Source: Nitrososphaeria archaeon (GTDB lineage Archaea > Thermoproteota > Nitrososphaeria > JACIWG01). From it: a stretch of DNA of 64,000 bases. A model generated the notes under the pieces. The model was not told the DNA's origin and did no database searches. It was given only the letters and a program-made list of their open reading frames with translations. The stretch lies in contig JBEKIG010000001.1 of NCBI GenBank assembly GCA_050011875.1, forward strand, positions 1-64,000. The letters are read 5' to 3'. This document shows, piece after piece, positions 51,688 to 60,784 of the stretch (positions within the stretch are counted from its first letter, which is position 1; each line of letters starts with the position of its first letter). A program made the position numbers and the translations under genes.

Positions 51688-52332
51688 ATGCGCATGGAAG
51701 TAAGGTTAGAGGTTGACGAAAATTTTCAGGAATTTGCCAGAAAAATTGGTAAATCACCTAAAGAGGTTCTCCAGCAACTGTCTGAGACCATCTGGCTTGC
51801 ACGTCTTCCTTTGACAGAGAGGCTTAAGAACGGTGTGGATCTTCGAGCCTCTTTGCTTGAGACATACGATTTAGCAGAACTGGGATGGCGAATAGACGAC
51901 TATATAAGAAAAGCACTTGAATTGAAGGTTGATGAATTTGTTCTAGACGACAGCGAAGTTAATCTTGAAGACCAGCACTATTTTCTTGCTTATTCTGCTA
52001 ATTCGAACTCCAATGGGAAAGTATCGTCGGTATACGTTATATTAGATAAAGGATCAGCAGAACTGATTTGTGACGGATGCGTTGAGGAAAAACAATTGCT
52101 ATCCAAAATAAAAGCAGTTACGGAAGATCTTGATGAACACTATGACACTTTTGGAAAACTGGACGGATTTAGTGAACTGATGGATAGTGACCACGAATTC
52201 AATTTTGAAGAAGAGGATGAGCCACCGTATAATTATTCGCTCACAGTAAATGCAGACGAACTAGGATACCTACCAACCGTATCCCAAATCTCAAAATTGT
52301 TCAGCAAGATAGAAGAGATAGCGTCAACGTAG
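51688..52332 (+). CDS. Acidic hypothetical protein, possible N-terminal ribbon-helix-helix
   Basis: 214-aa ORF with TTTAAA box upstream; MEVRLEVDE...FARKIGKSPKEVL. Confidence 0.65.
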   Translation: MRMEVRLEVDENFQEFARKIGKSPKEVLQQLSETIWLARLPLTERLKNGVDLRASLLETYDLAELGWRIDDYIRKALELKVDEFVLDDSEVNLEDQHYFLAYSANSNSNGKVSSVYVILDKGSAELICDGCVEEKQLLSKIKAVTEDLDEHYDTFGKLDGFSELMDSDHEFNFEEEDEPPYNYSLTVNADELGYLPTVSQISKLFSKIEEIAST

Positions 52333-52662
52333 AAGGTATAGACCTCATTTGTTTCCTCCTTTAATTTCAACTGAATTTCAGGTGAACAATACACGAACCA
52401 TTGGTTCTATCAATCACGTCCATGGTCATCACCACATCTCGACCCCAGTAATTCTTATTTCCTATCCTTGAGTACAAAAGATAGCTTTCCATAATGGTTA
52501 TTTCGCGGTATTCTGTTTTACAAAAAGGTTTTAAAATATCAGACTATTTTTTTTCCACTTCCACTTTTGTCGATTTCAAAATGGATAATCAAGAATAAAT
52601 CTGATGTGTGAAGTGGGATTTCAATACTAATCTACTGGTAAATTATTAGATTCAAGTTCGGT

Positions 52663-52695
52663 GGGGTTTCTGACCTTAATTAAGTGCAGATACCT
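52663..52695. repeat. 33-bp sequence, exact reverse complement of 1724-1756
   Basis: GGGGTTTCTGACCTTAATTAAGTGCAGATACCT. Confidence 0.95.
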
Positions 52696-53094
52696 AATGA
52701 AATTTATGTTTAACCGTTATATTATAATTAGGTTTTGTTGAAATTTTTGATTTAATTATAATAACAGTCAACTGTAGGTTTGCTACCTTAAAATCATAAT
52801 CTTAACAGTTTAAGCAATTTTATGGGGGTCTATCTTGAAAAAGTTAACCATGACATTTTTAATTATTTAGTCTCTTAATTTAGTGGTTTGAAGGTGTATA
52901 TAATTAATGGCATTCTGTCTCCTATTCTGGAAAATTGTAGCCAGAGTCGGATGGAATGAATCAATAATAAATTCAACTTTACGTTTTTCTGAATGCGTCG
53001 TTAATATAAGATGTACAGTTACACTTCGATAATTTTTATGTTTAGAATCTTAAAAGCCTGCCTTAAACATTCTGAGTAGTCATAAATTGAAAAG

Positions 53095-54066
53095 CTATGG
53101 TAGAATTAATGTCTTTATGGACGTTTGATCAACTATTTCATTCTCAAAAGCTTCCTTTATTTCCTCAAGCTTGTACTTACGATTTAGTAGCGGCCTAACG
53201 TCGAATATGCCTCGTTTTATTAGCCTGAATGCATCTCTGATACCAACAACCATCTCTTCTTTTGTTCGGTGCATAAGACATGTGTGAACTATATTAAGCG
53301 CATCTTCGTGCCATCTGTACATGTTGACGGTAAACGGTTTCATATAGTGACTATAAATAGCAATGGTTCCGTTGCGCCTGACGATATTTGATGCGATATT
53401 TAACCCTTCTCCCGAACCTGAAGCTTCGACAACGACGTCCACACCTCGGCCATCAGAGATGGCCTTTATATCTTCTACATGGTTCTCTTTCTTTGGGTTC
53501 ACGATTGTGTTTGCACCTAATCGTTTTGCAAGGTTAAGTTTTTCGTCAACAATATCAATAACAACCACCTTTTCTGCACCCCCTTTTCTAGCACCTTGTG
53601 CCAGAATTTGGCCTGCAAAACCTGCACCGATTACAGCAACGATATCGCCTACTTGTATGCTCTTACTAACAAGCTGGCTAGCAAAAACGGCACACGTCAA
53701 AGGTTCACCTAAGCAGGCTATGTCCATGTCAACGCCTTCAGGAGCAGGCAGGCAGCCGTACGGCATATCAAACAAGACGTAGTCGGCGTAAGTACCTTTC
53801 CCAAATGACATCACTTTATCTCCAACCGAAAAACCGTTAACCTTGGATCCTACTTCAACCACTGTTCCACCGCCTTCATGACCCCAGGGAAAGATTGGCA
53901 GCTTAACTTCACTAGAAATGTCTCCTCTGAAGGCTATCTTGTCTGTGCCACAGATCGAAGCTTGAAAAGTTTTTACGAGAACCTGGTTAGGACCGGGTGT
54001 GAGGTCAAGATCTTTCAGATAAACTTTGCCAGGGCCTTCAAAATAGGCAGCGCGACTCTTTACCAT
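53095..54066 (-). CDS. Zinc-dependent MDR dehydrogenase (sugar/polyol dehydrogenase-like)
   Basis: ICGTD, GHEGGG, EPL and GAGFAG motifs; lacks the structural-Zn four-Cys lobe. Confidence 0.9.
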   Translation of the reverse strand: MVKSRAAYFEGPGKVYLKDLDLTPGPNQVLVKTFQASICGTDKIAFRGDISSEVKLPIFPWGHEGGGTVVEVGSKVNGFSVGDKVMSFGKGTYADYVLFDMPYGCLPAPEGVDMDIACLGEPLTCAVFASQLVSKSIQVGDIVAVIGAGFAGQILAQGARKGGAEKVVVIDIVDEKLNLAKRLGANTIVNPKKENHVEDIKAISDGRGVDVVVEASGSGEGLNIASNIVRRNGTIAIYSHYMKPFTVNMYRWHEDALNIVHTCLMHRTKEEMVVGIRDAFRLIKRGIFDVRPLLNRKYKLEEIKEAFENEIVDQTSIKTLILP

Positions 54067-54327
54067 ATCTTACATCTTAATTAGCTATTTATTTAATCAT
54101 TAACCTTTAAACGGCTAGACAACTTTTAGAGGGTAATGACTGAGGTTATTTTTGTTCATACAAATAGCATGAGGTTCAAATTTACTTCATTCAGTGCAAC
54201 TCTTACGCAATCACTTTAAGGCAAATGATAAACTGTGCACTTCCCATAATCCATAATACGAAATATTATACGATATATCAGCATGAAAATTTCTCTAAAT
54301 CTTGATATTACATTAGTTTACTCTATT

Positions 54328-55326
54328 TTATGTGAAGTAGGGTCCTAATGCTGGCGCTATTTGGTCGATTCTTTTAAGATTTTCCTCATTCAGCTTAAGT
54401 TCGGTTGCGGCTAGATTTTCCTCAAGCTGCTTCACATTACTGGCGGCTATAATGGGTGAGGTTATTGCGGGGTTAGCTAGCATCCAGGCTAGAGCTATTT
54501 GCACCATTGGTTTACCAGCTCCTTTAGAGAAAGTCTCTAAACCTTTGATTACATTCAGGTTCTTAGGGTCCTCCCAGTGAAATCCATGTCTCGGAAAGAA
54601 GTCTGGTTTGATGGCGCCTCTGCTGCCTTCTGGAGGTGGACTACCGGCCCTGTACTTACCACTTAGAGATCCTCCGGCCAGAGGGCTGTATGGTACAATT
54701 CCGATCCCTTGGTCTACGCAGAAAGGTATAATTTCGCGTTCGATCTCTCTTTGGAGAAGGTTGTACCTGGGTTGGCTGACAACGAATCGCTCAAAGCCAT
54801 TTACATCGCTTGTCCAGAGAGCTTTACAGTGAAGCCAGGCTGGAAAGTTCGAGCATCCAATGTAAAGAACCTTACCCCATCTGACCAGATCAGTGAGTGC
54901 GCCGAGCGTCTCCTCTAAAGGCACAGGCTCGCCGACGATTCCCTTCATCATATCTATGTTGCTTGGTCTATGAAGGTACAGAATATCTATGTAGTCGGTG
55001 TCGAGTCTCCTCAGGCTTTCTTGGACTTGGTATATTATATGTTTTCGGCTTAATCCTTCATCGTTAGGTCCAAGTCCCATTCCATGACGAACCTTCGTAG
55101 CCAGTATGATGCTTTCCCTCATACCCTTGATAGCTCTTCCTGCAATTTCTTCAGACCTGCCATTGGCGTAAACATTAGCTGTATCTAGAAAATTTACACC
55201 TAAATCGACAGCCCTTCGAATAATCCTGGCAGATGTAGGTTCATCAACTTCGTCTCCAAAACCCATGGTACCCAGACATATTTCAGAGACATTCACTCCA
55301 CATTTACCAAGACGCCTGTATTTCAT
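54328..55326 (-). CDS. Aldo/keto reductase
   Basis: LGTMGFG, DTANVY, LATK, SLRRLDTDYID and YSPLAGG motifs. Confidence 0.95.
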   Translation of the reverse strand: MKYRRLGKCGVNVSEICLGTMGFGDEVDEPTSARIIRRAVDLGVNFLDTANVYANGRSEEIAGRAIKGMRESIILATKVRHGMGLGPNDEGLSRKHIIYQVQESLRRLDTDYIDILYLHRPSNIDMMKGIVGEPVPLEETLGALTDLVRWGKVLYIGCSNFPAWLHCKALWTSDVNGFERFVVSQPRYNLLQREIEREIIPFCVDQGIGIVPYSPLAGGSLSGKYRAGSPPPEGSRGAIKPDFFPRHGFHWEDPKNLNVIKGLETFSKGAGKPMVQIALAWMLANPAITSPIIAASNVKQLEENLAATELKLNEENLKRIDQIAPALGPYFT

Positions 55327-55475
55327 GTCTATAAAAGTAGAAAAAACCAATATTTAAATTTTAATACAATTTTAACACAAATCTTCTTTTGTCCGAAATT
55401 ATCATAAATTAGTTAATTTTATGTTTTTGAACTATCATAAATTTGCTAATAATAGTATATATTGTCTATATTGAT

Positions 55476-55583
55476 AAAGTTTATATTATGTTGTTATTTG
55501 GACTGTTTTGGCCAAAATTCTCCATCAATTGGTTCTTGAGCCATCAAAGGGGGCTCAACTTATGAGCCCTCAACATTTTGGCC
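55476..55583 (-). repeat. Copy 1 of a ~108-bp inverted repeat containing TTTTGGCCAAAA palindromes
   Basis: Reverse complement of 56829-56935, with exact blocks of 36 and 21 bp. Confidence 0.9.
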
Positions 55584-55675
55584 AAGTATAGTGACAAAAT
55601 TATTAACGTCCCAATGTTTTTCAATATTGATGAAAAGAGTTAAATGTATGCCATGATATTGCCCGAAAGAGAATA

Positions 55676-56446
55676 ATGCCCAAAGGTATCAGGGTTCTCG
55701 TAACAGGCGCCAGTGGCCGTATAGGCATACCGTTCCGTGAAGCTTACAGTAACTACTACTCTCTAAGGCTGATGTCCCATAAAAAAACCTTGGAAGCTCT
55801 ACCGGGAGAAGAAGTCATATCCGCAGATATTGCAGATCTAAATTCTGTTACAGAGGCTATGAATGGTGTTGAGGCCGTCGTCCATCTAGCTGCTGACTCA
55901 AAAAGTAATGCACCTTGGGACTTCATCCTTAATCTCAACATCATCGGAACATACAATGTCTTCGAAGCCGCCCGAAAGGTTGGAGTTAAGAAGGTAGTGT
56001 ACGCTAGCTCAAACCATGCCTGCGGTTTATCTGTAAAAGAACTTGACCTAGTTGGGCCAGACGCTCCCATAAGGCCTGACAGCCTTTATGGTGTCAGCAA
56101 AGTCTTTGGTGAAGCACTCGGAAGATATTATTCAGATAACTTCAATCTATCGGTCATCTGTCTGAGAATCGGTTACTGCCTAGGTCCTGGACGGGAGGAT
56201 CCAAGCAGTTACATAAAACCACTTTTCTTGGGAAAACGCCTTATCTATACTAAGGAAAAGCTTTTCGCGATGTGGATCAGTAATCGCGATATGGCACAGC
56301 TGATTCACAAGAGTTTAGAGTCGGATCTAAAGTTTGGCATCTTTTACGGAATTTCTGATAACGTTCACAAAATCTTCGACATATCTGAGACTATTGAGAA
56401 GCTAGGATATAGACCACAAGATAGGGTAGAATATTATCTTAAGTAG
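55676..56446 (+). CDS. NAD-dependent SDR/epimerase, uronate-dehydrogenase-like
   Basis: TGASGRIG, VHLAA, ASSNHA, RPDSLYGVSKVFGE and LRIG motifs. Confidence 0.85.
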   Translation: MPKGIRVLVTGASGRIGIPFREAYSNYYSLRLMSHKKTLEALPGEEVISADIADLNSVTEAMNGVEAVVHLAADSKSNAPWDFILNLNIIGTYNVFEAARKVGVKKVVYASSNHACGLSVKELDLVGPDAPIRPDSLYGVSKVFGEALGRYYSDNFNLSVICLRIGYCLGPGREDPSSYIKPLFLGKRLIYTKEKLFAMWISNRDMAQLIHKSLESDLKFGIFYGISDNVHKIFDISETIEKLGYRPQDRVEYYLK

Positions 56447-56598
56447 TATGCCATAGAATTTGCATGTTGCATCAACTTTTTTTCCTTTTCCATTAAGAAC
56501 CTTCAACCATATTATACCATATTATGATTTTTTTGCACCGCTACAATCATCAGGTTTTCTAATAAAGAACTCTTAAGATATGTTATCTATTAATAAGT

Positions 56599-56669
56599 TC
56601 TATAGGAGAAAGGAGAAACTGGTAGACCTCTTTTCAAGCCTAATATAAACCGCAATTCTCATAGGGACT
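56599..56669 (+). repeat. Diverged copy of the 3' end and downstream site of ORF 51119-51490
   Basis: YRRKEKLVDLFSSLI* followed by ACCGCAATTCTCATAGGGACT, vs 51441-51511. Confidence 0.9.
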
Positions 56670-56828
56670 CTCCCATGATATGTTCAACTTTGCTATTCTT
56701 GAGGGGAAGGCACCGCTAGAAAATAAAACCTAAATGTTCCATATTCAATAGCATAGAAAAAGTATTGAATATAATTTTTTTATTTTGCATTAACTTTAAT
56801 AATCTGAAAAAAGTAACGAAATTTTTTA

Positions 56829-56935
56829 GGCCAAAATGTTGAGGGCTCAAAAACTAAGCCCCCATTCATCCGTCAAGAACCAATTGATGGAGAATTTTGG
56901 CCAAAACACCCAAATAATTAAATAATATAAGCTTT
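56829..56935 (+). repeat. Copy 2 of the ~108-bp inverted repeat, directly upstream of the aldolase
   Basis: See 55476-55583. Confidence 0.9.
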
Positions 56936-56950
56936 TCTAGTTAAGAGAGT

Positions 56951-57970
56951 ATGTTGAAGTCGATGAGACATAAGGTTGTTTCAAGTATTCTAGAGATCGG
57001 TCTAATCCCAACATTTTATGAAGAAGACTTGGAGACCGCCAAAAAAATTGTTGGGGCATGTGCTGAAGGCGGAGCTAAAGTGGTTGAGTTCACAAACCGC
57101 GGTGCACTAGCATATCAAGTCTTCAGCGAGCTCGTAAGATGGAGGGATAGAGAGTTTCCGGACGTTGTCATAGGAGCTGGCACAATAGTAGAGCCATCAG
57201 CAGCCTCACTCTATATTAATTGTGGAGCAAACTTTATCGTCGGACCAGTATTTAACCTAGATGTGGCAAAGACATGTAATAGATACAATATTTTATGTAT
57301 TTCAGGATGTAGTACTCCATCAGAAATATCCATGGCAGAAGAGATGGGCGCAGACATAATCAAAATATTTCCAGCAGACGTACTAGGACCGCAATTTATA
57401 AAAGACTTGCTCGGTCCATTTCCATGGTTAAAACTTATGCCCTCAGGAGGCGTAGAAGCTACAAAAGAAGGCATTTCAAGTTGGATAGGAGCGGGCGCGG
57501 CAGCAATAAACATGGGCTCAAACCTCATACAAAAAGACCTAGTAAAGTCGGGCAACCTTGAAGCCATAAAAAGGAAGGTGGAAGATTGCATACAATGGAT
57601 AAGGGAGGTAAAAGGCACATCTATATTCTTAGGCGTTGAACACATAGCAATATATCCAACAGAAACCGTGAACGCTACACAAATAGCCGACTTTTACACT
57701 GAAACCTTTGGCTTCGCAAAAGAAGAAGGGCCATCGTCGATAATGCTAACAGGGACAAGTATTGGAAAAATAGAAGTCATGAAAGCATATGAAAAGGAAA
57801 CACGAACACACATAGCAATAAACGTATCAAATTTTGAAGCCGCATACAACTACCTAAAAGAAAAGGACATAGAACTCGAACAGCCAATCATAAAACCGGA
57901 CTTCAAAGTAGCGTACCTTAAAAAGACAGATCCTGCAGGAAATAAAGTGCACCTAATTTTTCGACCCTAA
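56951..57970 (+). CDS. eda: KDPG/KHG aldolase fused to a C-terminal VOC (glyoxalase-like) domain
   Basis: EFTNR, GAGT, IKIFPA and MPSGGV motifs, then GVEHIAI...FYTETFGF...HIAINV...DPAGNKVHL. Confidence 0.88.
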   Translation: MLKSMRHKVVSSILEIGLIPTFYEEDLETAKKIVGACAEGGAKVVEFTNRGALAYQVFSELVRWRDREFPDVVIGAGTIVEPSAASLYINCGANFIVGPVFNLDVAKTCNRYNILCISGCSTPSEISMAEEMGADIIKIFPADVLGPQFIKDLLGPFPWLKLMPSGGVEATKEGISSWIGAGAAAINMGSNLIQKDLVKSGNLEAIKRKVEDCIQWIREVKGTSIFLGVEHIAIYPTETVNATQIADFYTETFGFAKEEGPSSIMLTGTSIGKIEVMKAYEKETRTHIAINVSNFEAAYNYLKEKDIELEQPIIKPDFKVAYLKKTDPAGNKVHLIFRP

Positions 57971-57987
57971 CCCTATTCTTAATATCT

Positions 57988-58092
57988 CTATCTGAGCAAT
58001 ATTGCTTTCCCTTTCGACTGAATGAACGTCTCAAGGTCTTTCCGTGTTGGCTGGGCTTTTATGTCTCCTCTGACTGTCGCGATTAATGCGCC
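57988..58092 (-). pseudogene. C-terminal remnant of a second PfkB sugar kinase
   Basis: GALIATVRGDIKAQPTRKDLETFIQSKGKAILLR* vs GALATTVRGDVEGIPT in the intact neighbour. Confidence 0.75.
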
Positions 58093-58151
58093 TTGATCTC
58101 TTTTCTAGTTTAATATAGCCTACTTTTCTCATAAGGGCTCTTGAAAAGCTG
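58093..58151 (+). repeat. Third copy of the ORF-51119 3' end and downstream site
   Basis: DLFSSLI* followed by TTTTCTCATAA-GGGCTC-TTGAAAAGCTG. Confidence 0.75.
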
Positions 58152-58166
58152 TAGATTATTGATAAG

Positions 58167-58270
58167 AAGAGTTAAATGTATGCCATGGTATCGTTGTGAT
58201 ATATTATCTGAAGTAGTGCGCCATAAGATTTGCATGTTACATCAACTTTGTTTCCTTTTCAATTAAGAAC
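58167..58270 (+). repeat. 'Empty' copy of the SDR locus: promoter joined to the 3' end
   Basis: AAGAGTTAAATGTATGCCATG matches about 55635-55655; ATATTATCT...TTAAGAAC matches 56431-56500. Confidence 0.85.
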
Positions 58271-58347
58271 AAAGACAAACAAATATTAAAAAAAATACTT
58301 CCTAAGGTATGTAAGCTATTTATAATTATGAAGTTGTTAAAAGATAA

Positions 58348-59301
58348 TTATCTATAGAATTCTTCCCTTCCATCAAGTATTTTTCGAACAAGATCATATG
58401 TTGGGATGCCCTCAACATCTCCTCTAACAGTTGTAGCTAAAGCGCCACATATGTTTCCTATTTTTAATGCATTCTCTAAATCTCCATCTTTTAGGTAAGT
58501 CGATATAAATCCTGCAGCAAACGAGTCGCCAGCACCGATTGGATCAACAACTTCAACCCTTAATGGCTCTACAGAGTACTTCTTCCCTTCTTTAGTTACA
58601 CAGAAGGCACCTTTGTCGCCAAGTTTTACAACAACCATTTGAGGCCCCTTCCTACATACACTCTGTGCTTGATCAATATCATTTACTTCCAGAACATACT
58701 TCATGTCAGATGGACTGGTTATTAGTATGTCAACGTGCTCTAGTATTTTTCTGTATACATCTTTAGCTTCGTTTATATTAGTCCAGAGTTTTAGTCTTAG
58801 ATTCGTATCAAAAGAGACAATCATATCTAAATTCTTGGCTATCCGGATCGCATGTAAAGTCGTTTCCCTGCATGATGAACTTAATGCCGGTGTGATACCA
58901 GTCATATGTAGAAGTTTTGCGGATTTTAGGTAGTCTGGGTTCACATCTTCTGGGCTTAATTTACTTGCTGCAGATCCTTTCCTGTAGTAAAAAACAGCGC
59001 TCTTTCTAGGAAGAGGATAACCTCTTTGAATGAAATAAATACCTGTAGGGGATAATGGGTCAACCGAAACCTTAGATGTATCAACACCCTCTCCTCTAAT
59101 AAAATTTAAAATCTCAATTCCGAATTCGTCATCACCAACCCTACTAATCCAGCCTGCTTTCAATTGCATCCTAACAATACCTATGGCAAAATTTGATTCA
59201 GAACCTGCAACATGCTTCTCGAAACTTGAGACGTATCTCAGTGGACCTGTCTGATTCGCATTAAGCTGAATCATTGTTTCACCGATTGTAACAACATCCA
59301 T
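58348..59301 (-). CDS. kdgK: PfkB-family sugar kinase (2-keto-3-deoxygluconate kinase-like)
   Basis: GETM, AGSESN, FDTNLR and DPIGAGDSF motifs; next to eda. Confidence 0.85.
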   Translation of the reverse strand: MDVVTIGETMIQLNANQTGPLRYVSSFEKHVAGSESNFAIGIVRMQLKAGWISRVGDDEFGIEILNFIRGEGVDTSKVSVDPLSPTGIYFIQRGYPLPRKSAVFYYRKGSAASKLSPEDVNPDYLKSAKLLHMTGITPALSSSCRETTLHAIRIAKNLDMIVSFDTNLRLKLWTNINEAKDVYRKILEHVDILITSPSDMKYVLEVNDIDQAQSVCRKGPQMVVVKLGDKGAFCVTKEGKKYSVEPLRVEVVDPIGAGDSFAAGFISTYLKDGDLENALKIGNICGALATTVRGDVEGIPTYDLVRKILDGREEFYR

Positions 59302-59670
59302 CTTAAACAGCTCCCCTCTTTTAGACATTAAAAGCATATAAATTTTTGCAACACTTGAGTCTAAATATTAAAAGCATGTAGTAAAAATGGAGGACTTTTA
59401 ACCTTCACAATCTGATAGCTTACGCAAAAAGTTTAAATATAATTGAGCTATAAAAATTTTATGAAAGGAATAACGATATATCTTGAGCCTTCTGACATTA
59501 GACAATCATCTGGAACGAAACTGATTATTGGCAATTGTCTAGAAAAATATAAGAATTGTGGAATTTATCTCCCTGAATGTCCTCCCAAAACTAATCAAAG
59601 TAGAGCAACTATTAAACAAGTTGCATGTGAAGGGGTTTAGCGTTTTTTGAAAACTAAAGGTTAACGTGGT

Positions 59671-60744
59671 ATGATGAAAAGAATATTTGTTTGCATCGGA
59701 ACGTACACGTCCGAGGGAGGTAAAGGAATATACGTATACAATATGGATTCTGATTCGGCCGGCCTTAAGCCCTTGGGAAAACCAACCATAATCGACAATC
59801 CTTCATTCTTGGCAATTGACACTAAACACCAGTACCTTTATGCAGTGAGTGAGATTCAATCATTTGAAGGCGAAAAGTCAGGCGCAATTAGTGCGTTCTC
59901 TATAGATCCAGAGACAGGTGAATTGACTTTCTTAAACATTAAATCTTCTAAAGGCGCTTCTCCATGCTACGTAACTGTGGATAAAAACGGTAAGTATGTT
60001 CTTGTGGCAAACTACTTAGGTGGTAGCGTTTCCGTGCTACCCTTATTGGATAATGGAAGACTTGGAGATGTAATAGACTTTGTTCAGCATAAAGGATCCA
60101 GTGTTAATCCCAAACGCCAAGAAGGACCTCATGCTCATTCAGTTATACTCGATACTTCAAATCGGCATGTTTTCGTTCCTGATCTTGGACTTGATAAGAT
60201 AATGATCTATAAATTCGATTCTGAACGTGGGAAGTTGACGCCCAACGATCAGCCTTGGGTGAAAACGAAACCCGGTGCAGGTCCACGTATCTTTACTTTT
60301 CATCCTAATGGAAAGTTTGCTTACGTAATAAATGAAATTGACTCATCCATAGTTGCGTTTACTTACGATATGTGCAATGGTATGCTTGAAGAGATACAGA
60401 CAGTTTCTACTTTACCGAAAGGATTTAAAGGTGTAAATTACGCAGCCCATATCCAAGTCGCCCCTTCTGGTAAGTTTCTTTATGGCTCAAATCGTGGGCA
60501 TGATAGTATTGTGATCTATGAAATTGATGAAGATACGGGTAGGCTCAGTTGCATAGGTTATGAATCTGCACAGGGAAGAAACCCACGTAACTTTACTATA
60601 CACCCCCTCGGTAATTTCATGTTAGTAGCTAATCTGGAAACTGATAATATTGCAGTCTTTCGAATAGATCAACAAACAGGAGTGCTCGAGCCCACCGAGC
60701 TTATTACAAAAGTTCCGGCACCTACTTGTGTAAAAATCCTGTAA
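59671..60744 (+). CDS. pgl: Lactonase, 7-bladed beta-propeller (6-phosphogluconolactonase type)
   Basis: GTYT, NPSFLA, ANYLGG, RQEGPHAH, DLGLD, GAGPR and SNRGHD motifs. Confidence 0.9.
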   Translation: MMKRIFVCIGTYTSEGGKGIYVYNMDSDSAGLKPLGKPTIIDNPSFLAIDTKHQYLYAVSEIQSFEGEKSGAISAFSIDPETGELTFLNIKSSKGASPCYVTVDKNGKYVLVANYLGGSVSVLPLLDNGRLGDVIDFVQHKGSSVNPKRQEGPHAHSVILDTSNRHVFVPDLGLDKIMIYKFDSERGKLTPNDQPWVKTKPGAGPRIFTFHPNGKFAYVINEIDSSIVAFTYDMCNGMLEEIQTVSTLPKGFKGVNYAAHIQVAPSGKFLYGSNRGHDSIVIYEIDEDTGRLSCIGYESAQGRNPRNFTIHPLGNFMLVANLETDNIAVFRIDQQTGVLEPTELITKVPAPTCVKIL

Positions 60745-60784
60745 CTGATATTATTTTTATTTCAGTCTTTCTATTGGGCAATTA

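Larger units (their letters stand above)
37716..52332. mobile_element. Mosaic integrative element / defence island (boundaries approximate)
   Basis: Tyrosine integrase, tRNA 3'-half att core, type IIG R-M, hsdM scar, many truncated genes, iteron-like and hairpin repeats. Confidence 0.75.

Noticed and set aside
52360-53090. Coding potential between the island and the sugar cluster
   Set aside because: Only short broken frames; nothing recognisable apart from the 33-bp repeat.
59443-59640. ORF resembling a DUF362 C-terminal tail (IIGNC...CPP)
   Set aside because: Too short and degenerate to call; at most a remnant.
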